Below, piece by piece: positions 1 to 9,531 of a stretch of 64,000 nucleotides of DNA. Origin of the DNA: a virus; IMG/VR virus record IMGVR_UViG_2786546475_000019, positions 974-64,973 of that record, one strand, 5' to 3'. The translations under genes were made by a program, and so were the position numbers. Every line of letters starts with the position of its first letter. Position 1 is the first letter of the stretch. The notes under the pieces were generated by a model. It was not told where the DNA came from and searched no databases. It saw only the letters and a list, made by a program, of their open reading frames with translations.

Positions 1-100
1 AAGGACCATGGACCAAGGACAAAATGATAAATCTGGAACTGGACCCCGGACCCGGACAGGCCGACCAAGGACCGTGGACCGTGGACCATGTTGACAGCAC
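1..100. repeat. Array of GGACC / CCGTGGACC motifs
   Basis: ggacc occurs about 9 times in 100 nt, for example ggaccgtggaccgtggaccatg. The same motif family recurs at 2428-2520. Confidence 0.6.
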
Positions 101-212
101 CTAACATGTTCGCCATCTTTGGTCGGCCTGTCCGCCCCAGCAAAAAGCCGGTTGATGTTTTGCCGCCCCAGGTGAAGGCCGGTTGTTGGGAGGTCGATCC
201 AGGTTATCATGT

Positions 213-264
213 GGGTGTTCAATTTTGCAACACCGACAAAAAAGTGTTGCAAAATTGAACACCC
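213..264. repeat. Perfect 22-bp inverted repeat (gggtgttcaattttgcaacacc / ggtgttgcaaaattgaacaccc) with an 8-nt spacer
   Basis: Arms at 213-234 and 243-264 are exact reverse complements. Lies in a non-coding region. Operator- or cruciform-like. Confidence 0.8.
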
Positions 265-355
265 CCCTGAAAGTGGGGTGTGCGGTATCGCACACCCCCT
301 GAAAGTGGGGTGTGCGATACCGCACGTGCGGAACCGCACAGTGAGCGGTATCGCT
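264..355. repeat. Two direct copies of cccctgaaagtggggtgtgcg followed by a series of short palindromes of the form GTGCG-N4-CGCAC
   Basis: 264-284 and 296-316 are identical 21-mers. The palindromes gtgtgcggtatcgcacac, gtgcgataccgcac, gtgcggaaccgcac and gagcggtatcgctc follow one another. Confidence 0.75.
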
Positions 356-665
356 CAGCTCAACTGCCCTATATTAGATACTTCGGTGTAGTCAATTTGA
401 CTACATGATAGATCGGCGATTTTGCCTAAATCCAAGGCATCGCTGCCCACGGTATAGGCACAAGGATATTAGACGGTAAAAACCGACATATTGTGAGCTT
501 TCCAGATCGCTTTCCCGAAAACTAAGTGTCCAGTAACTATTTCAAAGTATTTTCACGCGGGGAAAACCGATGAATGGGAGCCGCAGACAGCGTGCCTAAA
601 ATTCAGGCAGGTATAATTGGGGCGTTCCAAGCGAACACGGGCAAGCCAAGCCAAATTCGGCACGC

Positions 666-694
666 TTGTCAAGTTCCACGGGACTCGCTACACT
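666..694 (+). promoter_or_regulatory. Candidate sigma-70-type promoter (TTGTCA-17 nt-TACACT)
   Basis: A -35-like hexamer at 666-671, a 17-nt spacer and a -10-like hexamer at 689-694, upstream of the first gene. Read by eye only. Confidence 0.3.
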
Positions 695-739
695 GTATGC
701 TGTAGCGTTTGATCTTTGACAATTTGGTTTCTAGTTGGC

Positions 740-819
740 GGTTAAACTCGCTACGCGGTCCAAATATCGCGGACCACGTAGCGAGTTTAACCGGGCTTGA
801 ACGGTGACAGGTTCAAGCC
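740..819. promoter_or_regulatory. Two consecutive stem-loops (about 21-bp stem with one mismatch, then a perfect 9-bp stem) upstream of the gene at 856
   Basis: ggttaaactcgctacgcggtcc (740-761) pairs with gcggaccacgtagcgagtttaacc (769-792). ggcttgaac (794-802) pairs with gttcaagcc (811-819). Confidence 0.7.
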
Positions 820-855
820 TATTTCATTAAATCCTTATTTGGAAGGAATACCACT

Positions 856-2217
856 ATGTCACAAGAATCTAAACTTACCTCTGTTTTGTCGCTGCATTTC
901 GATTTTGACGCGAAGTCTTTACTTTGCGGCATGAATCCCGGTTCAGATCGATACTTGACGCCAAACCCGGTTCAATCGCTAGTAGATAGCTTATTTGCTG
1001 GTTGGAATAGCCAGGAAAGCTTGAAAGCCATCACTAATGGCAATCTCGCTAAAATCGATCCGCGATTCACTAAAGCGGACGACGTAGCTAGTTTCGCTGC
1101 TAAACAGCGTCAAACTTTCCGTTCTGAATTCAGACCGGGGACAGACTTGTGGGCAGCTCTTTGCGGCAAGTCTGACAAGTTCATCGCCATTGGACCAGCA
1201 CCTGCAAAGGGGCAGCCTGATGAACGTTTAAAGATTCCCGTTGAATCGATCTACGCGGTCCTTAATCTTTGGTGCGGTACCAAAGCGAATGGCATGACCG
1301 TATCGGGCAACAGGCGTATGCTTGCGCTACTGTTTGTTCTGGCCCTTGAATATGCGGAAGCATTCGCGGAAGCATTAGGGGCAGGGAAAACGAACGAAGA
1401 CGCGGAAGCTGTTGCTAAAAAGACAGTGAAAGCTCATCGGATTCCCGTAGTATTCAAATCGTGGGACACGTTCCAAGATTTGACTAGCGAGCAAATTGCG
1501 GACAATGAACGGGTTCACCAGTCCAACTATACGGAATTGGATCAGGTACGTTTGGCCGTTAAGATCAAACGCGAAGACTGGGGACTGTCCAAGCGGGATA
1601 TCGCTCGACAGATTCCGGGTTTGCGGACCGTAGCCAAAAAGACTGGCGAACTACGCATTAACCAGCGTAGGGCGTCCAATGCAACGGATCGTGCCGATCT
1701 TGTCATCTATGCCGATGACGGGCTGGATATGAACGTCATGGACCGGTTGACCACGGACAACGTAGAAAGCTACGTTGAAGGTGGACCGATTCCAGTGAAA
1801 CGGATCGCTTTCGAACACGTTCCCTTCCTCATCGACGCTACCAAAGAGTACAGCAGTACCCACGCTGCTATTCTTAAAGCGGTTTACCCTGATGCTGTTT
1901 TCAGTGAAGGGGAGGCTATTGGCATCGATGCCGATTCTAAAGCTTTGGAACGCTATTTTCGGTATATTATCGAACATAGCGGTTCAGCGAAACAAGCTTT
2001 GACGATCAAGCAATTACGCGATGCGATCACAAAAATTCCGTCGTCCAAAGACGTGGAAGTATCGCTACGCAAGCTGTACGAAGTGATTGCCGCTGGCGAT
2101 CCAAACGCACTAGCGTTACCAGCTTTGAAAGCTTCAGCGTGGGCCACAATTGTGGATCGCGAAGCGGAAGCGGAAGCGGAAGCGGAAGCGGAAGCGGAAG
2201 CGGAATCCGCCAACTAG
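856..2217 (+). CDS. hypothetical protein with a C-terminal (Glu-Ala)n tail
   Basis: 453-aa ORF with a GGAAGGA ribosome-binding site 8 nt upstream. Ends in EAEAEAEAEAEAEAEA, encoded by 8x GAAGCG at 2161-2208. Confidence 0.6.
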   Translation: MSQESKLTSVLSLHFDFDAKSLLCGMNPGSDRYLTPNPVQSLVDSLFAGWNSQESLKAITNGNLAKIDPRFTKADDVASFAAKQRQTFRSEFRPGTDLWAALCGKSDKFIAIGPAPAKGQPDERLKIPVESIYAVLNLWCGTKANGMTVSGNRRMLALLFVLALEYAEAFAEALGAGKTNEDAEAVAKKTVKAHRIPVVFKSWDTFQDLTSEQIADNERVHQSNYTELDQVRLAVKIKREDWGLSKRDIARQIPGLRTVAKKTGELRINQRRASNATDRADLVIYADDGLDMNVMDRLTTDNVESYVEGGPIPVKRIAFEHVPFLIDATKEYSSTHAAILKAVYPDAVFSEGEAIGIDADSKALERYFRYIIEHSGSAKQALTIKQLRDAITKIPSSKDVEVSLRKLYEVIAAGDPNALALPALKASAWATIVDREAEAEAEAEAEAEAESAN

Positions 2218-2230
2218 AAACCCTTAGCCG

Positions 2231-2263
2231 CGGACCGGTCCAATTTGGACCGGTCTATTTTTA
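2231..2263 (+). terminator. Rho-independent terminator candidate
   Basis: A 9-bp GC-rich stem (gaccggtcc / ggaccggtc) with an aatt loop, followed by tatttttat. Sits immediately after the stop codon of the 856..2217 gene. Confidence 0.6.
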
Positions 2264-2273
2264 TGCCCTTGGA

Positions 2274-2334
2274 ATATCAACTAGCTGCACGCAATATCAA
2301 ATAGCTGCACGCAATATCAACTAGCTGCACGCAA
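2274..2334. repeat. Three tandem 20-bp direct repeats (atatcaa[c/a]tagctgcacgca)
   Basis: Copies at 2274-2293, 2294-2313 and 2314-2333. Confidence 0.85.
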
Positions 2335-2427
2335 ACCCGGTAGGGGTTTATCACAAGTCGTTGCACCCAGGAACAATACCGGGGTCCGTCGCCCTTAACG
2401 CGACGACACAAGCATGATATTTTGTGC

Positions 2428-2520
2428 CACGGTCCCCGGACCTAGCTACTCGGACCTAGCTACTCGGACCATGCACCCTGATCCACGGACCATGATCCAC
2501 GGACCACGGACCAAGCTACT
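2428..2520. repeat. CGGACC-motif array with roughly 14-bp periodicity
   Basis: cggacctagctact occurs twice, followed by cggaccatgcaccctgat, ccacggaccatgat, ccacggaccacggaccaagctact. A ttctgaa-ttttt-tcagaa palindrome lies at 2612-2631. Confidence 0.7.
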
Positions 2521-2687
2521 TAGGCCAAAACACAATGATACTGGGGTAGGGGTTCAGAATCCGCCGGTCCGTGGACCAAAGAACTTCATTAACGTTTCCT
2601 CTGAAAATTATTTTCTGAATTTTTTCAGAATTAGGGGCAATCCGTCCTGCCCTCATTCGTATCTATAGGGAAGTCCACCTACTGATA

Positions 2688-3257
2688 ATGATAATGACAA
2701 GAAAACTTTATCCAGCATTACCTGATCACCCTGAGTACCGTTGCAAGTCCACGGCTCAAAACAAACATTGTACGTTTCTATCATGTGACGGACTTCGCAA
2801 ACTGAATCTGTACGACGATCCAAGGCAATCTGATAAATGTCCCAAGCACGCCGGACGACCACCAAGTAAACAAACAGCTTTGGCAAAGTACATGGACACC
2901 CATCCTCATGAGGTGGGTTATCATTTGCCGGACCAAGCACCAAAGGTGCATTCCCAATCCCGAAGTGTCGCCGAAGAACTTCACATTCTCCGCACACTTC
3001 TTCAAAACACCCTGAACCAATGCAATACGTCGCTCGACTTACTCGCTAACACTGAGCGAATGACAGTCTTAAGTGATAAGATTGCTAACTTGATAAAAAC
3101 TGACGTATTCCTCGAAGAAAAAACAAAGAACTCCTTGACGCGGGACCAAATCATGGCCGTGCTCTCGGAGATACAACAAGTGATAACTCGGCATTGTTCG
3201 CCGGAGCAGGTCGCACTGATCCGTCAAGACTTCCAAGAACTAACCATTCCTGACTAA
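2688..3257 (+). CDS. hypothetical protein (Cys/His-rich N-terminus)
   Basis: 189-aa ORF following a repeat-rich intergenic region. Confidence 0.45.
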   Translation: MIMTRKLYPALPDHPEYRCKSTAQNKHCTFLSCDGLRKLNLYDDPRQSDKCPKHAGRPPSKQTALAKYMDTHPHEVGYHLPDQAPKVHSQSRSVAEELHILRTLLQNTLNQCNTSLDLLANTERMTVLSDKIANLIKTDVFLEEKTKNSLTRDQIMAVLSEIQQVITRHCSPEQVALIRQDFQELTIPD

Positions 3258-3268
3258 CCTCAGTTACT

Positions 3269-3574
3269 ATGCCAAGTCACATAAATCCAAATCGCATCAA
3301 ATCAGAGACGATGTTCGCCGGAGCACAGAACATCAACATTATCACTACGGAATCCAGCGTCACGCTCCGTGCTCCAGATGATACAACTCAATCGCTCACG
3401 CCAACCGGAACCCATCCAAATAAAGTAATCTCAGCAACCCTCGATCAAGCAGGTTTCTACACCGTAGACGGTCACATTGGAAAAGTCCTTGTGCTTGTTT
3501 CCACTTATGATGAAACCTACGGAGCTGCTTACAGAGGAACGGGACTCACCCCAGTAGTAGGCCAAGACGCCTAA
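3269..3574 (+). CDS. hypothetical protein
   Basis: 101-aa ORF, tightly packed with its neighbours. Confidence 0.4.
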   Translation: MPSHINPNRIKSETMFAGAQNINIITTESSVTLRAPDDTTQSLTPTGTHPNKVISATLDQAGFYTVDGHIGKVLVLVSTYDETYGAAYRGTGLTPVVGQDA

Positions 3575-3585
3575 CCAAACAAACC

Positions 3586-5217
3586 ATGTCATACGCAGAC
3601 GAAACAACAGCAAAAGCAGCCGTAGCAAATGCCATTGGCAACGCAACAAGCGTCGATCCAGTGAGCAATACGGAACATGCTGACGTTCTTGATAATTTGA
3701 TCGAGAACATCTTCGCCGCTGATGGTATCACTGTGTATTTCGCCGAACCTCTGTCGGGACTTGGCGATGACGGCGACGTCACAATCTACGAAAACAAAAT
3801 CTACTCGAAAGCTGCCGGAACATGGTCCGAGGAACTTGAATTAACAAGCTGGACTTTCAATACTGCTGATCCTCCCACGTCCACGTCTCACACTTATGCA
3901 ATCTCGACAACCGGCCAATTATACGTAAACGTCGCCGGAACATGGACCTTGCAGCAGTTATCATTAGGCAAATACAAAGGTGCTCACTCAACCACCACAA
4001 AGTATTACGCCAATGATATTATCCTCTACTCAGGGGAATTGCAGTACGCTAACAGCACGCACAATCCTAAGACATATGACGCCGCAGACTGGACTTCGCT
4101 ACCTACTGCGTCATCAACCCACGTACTCCACGATGATATCTCAACACTTCCTTCCTCCCCGGACGGTTACACGCTTGAACTATATGACGGGATCGGCGAG
4201 GGGATGCTCTTTGAGCGGGTATCAAGTGCGTGGGTTTACCGAACACAGACAACAACTCCAGTTGTTGACCTAACCTCTGGCAACGCTTCAACGATTGCAG
4301 CATATTTGTCCGCTGGTCAAATATATCGGTACAATTTAACGACAGGCGAACCATACTACGTTGATAACGCCGGAGCACGGACCTCGCTTCCTCCAATCCA
4401 AACCGCCGTAACAGCCCTACCGTCAATTGTAGACGGTCCCGATCTATTGGTTTGGACCACGGACCCTGACGGGCATCGAGCGTACTTTAAAGGAGCTTCC
4501 GCGTACCAGAAGCTCCCACTTGTCCCAAGTATCCAAGAGTCCGATCAATCACTTTCGGAGAATCGGGAACTAGCGTACAACGCCCGAACACTATCATTCG
4601 ACGGTGACGGCACATTCCGCTTCGGAGACTTAAGCGACAACACCGACGGATATTATGCGGCCTTCAACTCCGGTGCGTTACAGTGGGCCAATGCTACACC
4701 GGAAACGAACCTCACGTCCATCACCCCTACCATTGTCAATTCGCAAAACCTAGCTCTGGTAAACGACGGCACTAGCAACAGTTTCACGTTGAAATACGCA
4801 GGAAGCCAAGATCAAGACTTTACGTTTCCAGCAGATCTTCCAGCTTTAGGTAATATTCTGGAAGTCACGGGCCTTGCAACAAGTTCCATTGTAGTAGGCT
4901 GGCGTAAGCCCGTAAAAGACTGGTTCACGCTAACCTCAGCCACCCCAACTGTGACAGTTGACGGCAATGATAGCAAACGCTTTAAACTTGACCCTGGGCA
5001 CACTCCAATTACAATTGCTTTCACTAATTGTGAGCAACATGATTTTGTTCTCCTCAAGATACGAGGTCACGCTACAAACTCAGTGTCAATGCCTGCCGGA
5101 GCAGACGGTGACGTTTTCTCTCTTAGTACGGATGATACAAAAGCAACTTTAGTCACAGCTATCATTGATGGTTCCGCCATCCATCTTGGCGTAATGAGGG
5201 ACGTATCATGGGCTTAG
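3586..5217 (+). CDS. tail fibre-like protein (Thr/Ser/Asn-rich)
   Basis: 543 aa with composition typical of fibre or receptor-binding proteins. Overlaps the next beta-helix gene. Confidence 0.45.
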   Translation: MSYADETTAKAAVANAIGNATSVDPVSNTEHADVLDNLIENIFAADGITVYFAEPLSGLGDDGDVTIYENKIYSKAAGTWSEELELTSWTFNTADPPTSTSHTYAISTTGQLYVNVAGTWTLQQLSLGKYKGAHSTTTKYYANDIILYSGELQYANSTHNPKTYDAADWTSLPTASSTHVLHDDISTLPSSPDGYTLELYDGIGEGMLFERVSSAWVYRTQTTTPVVDLTSGNASTIAAYLSAGQIYRYNLTTGEPYYVDNAGARTSLPPIQTAVTALPSIVDGPDLLVWTTDPDGHRAYFKGASAYQKLPLVPSIQESDQSLSENRELAYNARTLSFDGDGTFRFGDLSDNTDGYYAAFNSGALQWANATPETNLTSITPTIVNSQNLALVNDGTSNSFTLKYAGSQDQDFTFPADLPALGNILEVTGLATSSIVVGWRKPVKDWFTLTSATPTVTVDGNDSKRFKLDPGHTPITIAFTNCEQHDFVLLKIRGHATNSVSMPAGADGDVFSLSTDDTKATLVTAIIDGSAIHLGVMRDVSWA

Positions 5218-7058
5218 GATTAGGATTAAACATGGGCTTGTTTCCTTTACCATCGGTTAAAGCAACATTGGACAACCGTCCTTTGTTCACGTCGCTTGCA
5301 TTTTTGCAATGGCGTCGCGATATAGTAACTGCAAAAGAACGCCCCACGTATTGGATCCCTCAAACAGAGTATTACGTCAGTGAATCGACCGGTAACGACG
5401 CTAACGCTGGAACAGAAGTCGCCCCTTGGCAAACACTTGAAAAAGCTCAACAAGTTCTTGACGCTTTGTCTGATGAATCGTATACCGTTATACGGCTCAA
5501 ACGTGGTGATACTTGGGAAGAAGAAGGAACTGTTTTAGCGGTAGACGGAAACTCGTGCTTACTGCGACTGACAAAGACGTTCAGCGGGATCAGTTCTTAC
5601 GGGTCCGGTGACCTGCCGTTTATCAATCAATTTGCTACCAAATACACGTCGGGTTGGACTGTTCACAGTGGGAACGTCTACGTCCGATCGGAAGCCAATG
5701 ATATTGTTAGCGTTCGGCTAACAACTGATCGCCTTGTACCTTTTTACGACGCCACAGACGCTACAGATTGTGCTACCGATATTGCTGACACAAACGGCTC
5801 ATATTTTTATGATGCGACTGGCAACAACTTATATGTCAACCTTGGCGGTACTGATCCGAATACAGTAACGATTGAAGCTGCAATTTCTAATGATGACACA
5901 GTTGAAGCGGTAGCACATGGTTGTTTCATCGAGAACATTCGGCTCGACGGCACGTTAAAAAGAACAACAAGGGACGAGCAGGCGGGTATCCGTTTAAATA
6001 TCAATGGCAGTGAAGTCGCAAGAATCGAGAACTGTGAAGCGTATTATGGTTCGTCTCACCTGATACACCAGAACGGTTTAACCGGGACTGGCGGCATCGG
6101 TATTATCAAGAATTGCAAAGCTGGCTATTCGCTCTGGAATACTGGCGGAAACACGATTTTCAATTCATACACATTAGGCGGCGATCAAGAGACTTATGTC
6201 CAAGACTGCGAGGTTCCTTATGGAACATTACCAGGTCACGAGTGGACGTCGACTAACTCAGCACACGATGCTTTAGATGGTTCAGCGTTTTATTGTCATG
6301 CTGGTGGCGGGGCAAACACTGGGTTTATCCTCGTCGATGGGATGAAGTGCGACCATGATAACGCTTGGGGTCCGCAAGAAGGGTCTTACAATGGTAGTGC
6401 TCCAGCAGCAGCAACAATCGAAGACGCCAAGGTAGTTGTCTTCGGAGAGGTCGTAGATAACAGCCGACTTGGGTTGCGATGTTTCCGATTATCACCTGCG
6501 AACGGAGTTGGAATTTGCAACACGTACACAGGAGGCTACGGCACCGATAGAAATTACCGAGCACTTTCAGCAACAAACCAAAGCGGCTTTATGTTTAATT
6601 GTCGCTTCGACGTTTCTCTCCCTGCTGGACTATTTAACGCTCACGGATTCTGGAACGGTTCTGGAACGTCAAATGTAAGCTGGTTCTTTAACCGTTTTAT
6701 CCAACGAGCTTCTCACGGATCGCATGATCTTGCGTTTAATTATGACTCCGTTTCTACATGGCCTGACAGCACGCTTTACAACAACGTTATCGCTCGCGTT
6801 GGAACCTATGATAACTCGGTCGCTATGTATAACGGCACTCCCGATTCCAACAACAATGCTCTGTATCAATTCAAAGGGGCGAACGCAGGAGCAAACTCAA
6901 TTGACATTACAACCGAGGCCGAAGCGGTTCAAGACACAGCAAATGTTGATACTTACGGTACATGGGAAGCTGCAAATACAGCAATCGGAGTTGTGCCTGA
7001 GTACGACAGGCTTCTGAACCCGCGAACAGCAACAACAAGCATTGGAGATTTGGCGTAA
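5208..7058 (+). CDS. parallel beta-helix (pectate-lyase-like) tailspike / depolymerase candidate
   Basis: 616 aa. Repeated N/G/T-rich beta-helix-like segments (NIRLDGT, IENCEAYYGSS, IKNCKAGYS, QDCEVPYG). Confidence 0.45.
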   Translation: MGLGLGLNMGLFPLPSVKATLDNRPLFTSLAFLQWRRDIVTAKERPTYWIPQTEYYVSESTGNDANAGTEVAPWQTLEKAQQVLDALSDESYTVIRLKRGDTWEEEGTVLAVDGNSCLLRLTKTFSGISSYGSGDLPFINQFATKYTSGWTVHSGNVYVRSEANDIVSVRLTTDRLVPFYDATDATDCATDIADTNGSYFYDATGNNLYVNLGGTDPNTVTIEAAISNDDTVEAVAHGCFIENIRLDGTLKRTTRDEQAGIRLNINGSEVARIENCEAYYGSSHLIHQNGLTGTGGIGIIKNCKAGYSLWNTGGNTIFNSYTLGGDQETYVQDCEVPYGTLPGHEWTSTNSAHDALDGSAFYCHAGGGANTGFILVDGMKCDHDNAWGPQEGSYNGSAPAAATIEDAKVVVFGEVVDNSRLGLRCFRLSPANGVGICNTYTGGYGTDRNYRALSATNQSGFMFNCRFDVSLPAGLFNAHGFWNGSGTSNVSWFFNRFIQRASHGSHDLAFNYDSVSTWPDSTLYNNVIARVGTYDNSVAMYNGTPDSNNNALYQFKGANAGANSIDITTEAEAVQDTANVDTYGTWEAANTAIGVVPEYDRLLNPRTATTSIGDLA

Positions 7059-7309
7059 TGCTACTAAACATAACTGATAAACACGGTGTCACTGTGGGTG
7101 TTGTTGAAGCAGACACCTTGGAGAAAGCTTCCAAGCTCGCAAGAGATCACGTCACCAAGTTGGTAGATCCTCCTGCTCCTGACGGCACTCCAGGCATGAA
7201 GTACCCTAAGACTGAAAGCTCTGATTTGTTCATCGCATTCTTCCGAGAAGAAACTGATAAGCGACCAATATTGAAATTCAAATTCAAGCCACTTGATGTG
7301 ATCAAGTAG
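7058..7309 (+). CDS. hypothetical protein
   Basis: 83-aa ORF whose start overlaps the previous stop codon. Confidence 0.4.
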   Translation: MLLNITDKHGVTVGVVEADTLEKASKLARDHVTKLVDPPAPDGTPGMKYPKTESSDLFIAFFREETDKRPILKFKFKPLDVIK

Positions 7310-7320
7310 TTAATAGACCA

Positions 7321-8034
7321 ATGAAAGAAATTTTAGATTCACTATCACTAATCGGGCTGTTTGTGCTATCCATCGTAACGATCATGCATTTCGTACAGCT
7401 TGACAATCGAGGCGAGTGGATGCGACAAGTGCAAGAAAATTTTGACTACGGACAGCGATGCAGCTTGCACGATTTGAAGCAAACCATCAAAGCAAACAAT
7501 TTAATAGAGCCTGATTTTGCACCGCGTCCTCCAGTCCCTGAACCGTTTTGGCGAGAAACTACAACGTCTGCAAAATCAGACACCTGCCCACATTGTAATG
7601 TACCAATGAGATTTTTTGATTGTGTTGGAACCGTTCGGGCGTGGCGTATTATCATCGCACATTCTCTGATCAGTGCGATGTATCTGGGTATTGCGTTTTT
7701 CCGTTTTCTTCCGGCTGGAATGGAAGCACGAACGCAAACGGAACGAGTTGTTTGGTATTCGCTCGCGTTTATCTTCCCGTTTTGCTGGGCTGCGGGATAC
7801 GGGACGACGATACTCGCCGGCTGGTTTCCTGCTTTGGCGTACTTTTTGAAAGAATCAGCGTGCTACGTTGACGCTGCATTTTGTGTTACTTTTCTATGGT
7901 CGACGCGAAATCAAAATTTGGTTTCGGTTACTGTTGATAGTTTTCGAGACGAAATTGAAGACATTGTCAACAACGAAGACTCTGACTTATCTCACGGCGA
8001 CCGCATTCAGCAGATTCGAGACTCTTTGCAATGA
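7321..8034 (+). CDS. polytopic membrane protein
   Basis: 237 aa with at least 4 hydrophobic helices. Confidence 0.45.
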   Translation: MKEILDSLSLIGLFVLSIVTIMHFVQLDNRGEWMRQVQENFDYGQRCSLHDLKQTIKANNLIEPDFAPRPPVPEPFWRETTTSAKSDTCPHCNVPMRFFDCVGTVRAWRIIIAHSLISAMYLGIAFFRFLPAGMEARTQTERVVWYSLAFIFPFCWAAGYGTTILAGWFPALAYFLKESACYVDAAFCVTFLWSTRNQNLVSVTVDSFRDEIEDIVNNEDSDLSHGDRIQQIRDSLQ

Positions 8035-8408
8035 ATATCTGGCTCTTGATGCAAGAATCGACAGCCCCTGGAATGCCTGCATGGGTGGGGTTCGTCACTG
8101 GTACGGGAGGTGGTCTAGTGATGGCAATTTTCGGACTGATTGCGTTGTGGAAGCGAATGATCTTCAAGGAAACACAGTACGAAAAACGGCTCGAAACGAA
8201 AGACAAAGAAGTCAATCAAATCGGGCGAGAGTTCGTTGAACTATCGATAAAGATGTTGGAACGGGACGAAAAAAACCGGGAAAACGATAAGGCAATCCGC
8301 GATGGTTTCGACAGACTAATTGAGCACGTTAAAACCGACTCACTTAAAATGGAGAATTGGCGGAAAGAGGTGGATCGAATATTGGCACAGCTGGTACCCC
8401 GTAAGTAA
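8031..8408 (+). CDS. membrane-anchored coiled-coil protein (i-spanin-like architecture)
   Basis: One N-terminal transmembrane segment followed by a charged, coiled-coil-like region. Confidence 0.35.
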   Translation: MNIWLLMQESTAPGMPAWVGFVTGTGGGLVMAIFGLIALWKRMIFKETQYEKRLETKDKEVNQIGREFVELSIKMLERDEKNRENDKAIRDGFDRLIEHVKTDSLKMENWRKEVDRILAQLVPRK

Positions 8409-8430
8409 AACGCAAAACAAAAGAGAACAA

Positions 8431-9531
8431 ATGACGAATTTAAGAACCCTGCTGCTGCTTCTAACAATTGTTGTTTTTCCGTCCATTTGTATCGGACAAG
8501 AGGGTCCAGATATCACTCAATGGCTGAAAGACAAGATCGCGAACCACGAACCTATCAAGTTGGAGCGTGGCGATTACTTCATTACAGAAACGATCAAGCT
8601 TCCAGGCAAGTACGGATCTTCGATTGAGGGTGTCGGTGTGGCTGCTGCTCACTTGTCTTCTGCAAACCCATACAATTGGCAGTCGACACGCATCTTCTGG
8701 CGTGGTGAACCGAATGAAGCCATGTTTCGGGCAGATGGATCGAATCAAACATTTAAAAACCTCACTCTTGTCGGCAAGCCAAGCTACAACGGCTCGACAG
8801 TTGAGGGCGTCGTCGGCGTGAAAGTCTTAAAAGCTCGCGGGCTTGGAACAGGCAAGCATCGATTCGAAAGTGTTTGGTTCCAGAACTTACACTACGGAAC
8901 ACAATGGGGTGAGTCTGCTACAGGGGCAGGTGCAAATTGCGACGAATCGTATTTTGACTCTTGTACATTCATGCAATGCCATTCAGCGACACGGTACGAG
9001 CACAGCCAAGCACTCGGCTTTACGTACATGAATTGTGTCTATAAGCAAGTTGAACGGTGTCATGATATTCAAGCCGGTGGGCATATCACAGCGTACAAGT
9101 GTTTCGTATCACAACCACCAAGCGGCAAGAAAGTTAACTTCTTTCACTTCACCGATGAAGCACAACGACGATATCGTATTGGAACATCGGCTGGAATGAT
9201 CACAGCTTACAATCTTAAGGTGGATTATCAATCAAAAGAAAACTTCCGAGCAGTCTGGATGGACAGCGACGTGAACGGTGTAACGATCACGTTCCGAGAT
9301 TGCCAAGTATCATTCACGGACTACGGCAAGGAACTATTCATCAAGGCAGGTGGTCCTGCAAAGATCGTCATTGATAACTGTCGCTTTCCCGGATATACAA
9401 CCTCACGCTACCAATTGAATACAGATGATCGTGGATTGACGCCAACGATGCAACGACCAACGATGGAATATATTCCACGAGCGATCGATACGGACCCTGT
9501 TCCTTCACCTACACCTATCGGACAAGGCTAA
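8431..9531 (+). CDS. secreted beta-helix protein (second depolymerase / tail-protein candidate)
   Basis: Start set at MTNLRTLLLLLTIVVFPSICIGQ, a signal-peptide-like N-terminus. The ORF track starts at 8320 and overlaps the previous gene. Confidence 0.45.
   Translation: MTNLRTLLLLLTIVVFPSICIGQEGPDITQWLKDKIANHEPIKLERGDYFITETIKLPGKYGSSIEGVGVAAAHLSSANPYNWQSTRIFWRGEPNEAMFRADGSNQTFKNLTLVGKPSYNGSTVEGVVGVKVLKARGLGTGKHRFESVWFQNLHYGTQWGESATGAGANCDESYFDSCTFMQCHSATRYEHSQALGFTYMNCVYKQVERCHDIQAGGHITAYKCFVSQPPSGKKVNFFHFTDEAQRRYRIGTSAGMITAYNLKVDYQSKENFRAVWMDSDVNGVTITFRDCQVSFTDYGKELFIKAGGPAKIVIDNCRFPGYTTSRYQLNTDDRGLTPTMQRPTMEYIPRAIDTDPVPSPTPIGQG

Noticed and set aside
101-391. ORFs 101..325 (-) and 209..391 (+) in the left non-coding region
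   Set aside because: They lie entirely within inverted and direct repeats and have no ribosome-binding site. Their Cys/His/Pro-rich composition is typical of translated repeats. Treated as non-coding.
1953-2324. ORFs 1953..2213 (-) (ASASAS...) and 2139..2324 (+) (GSGSGS...)
   Set aside because: These are alternate-frame and antisense readings of the (GAAGCG)8 repeat inside and after the 856..2217 gene. They are artefacts of the tandem repeat.
2274-2334. Possible CRISPR array (tandem 20-mers), also considered for 48911-48944 and 59018-59059
   Set aside because: The repeats are directly adjacent with no unique spacers of CRISPR length, and no cas genes are present. They are simple tandem repeats or iterons.
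2340-2420. Possible tRNA in the 2340-2420 or 58593-59360 non-coding regions
   Set aside because: No cloverleaf with a GTTC-like T-arm and acceptor-stem complementarity could be traced by eye. tRNAscan-SE is needed before any call.
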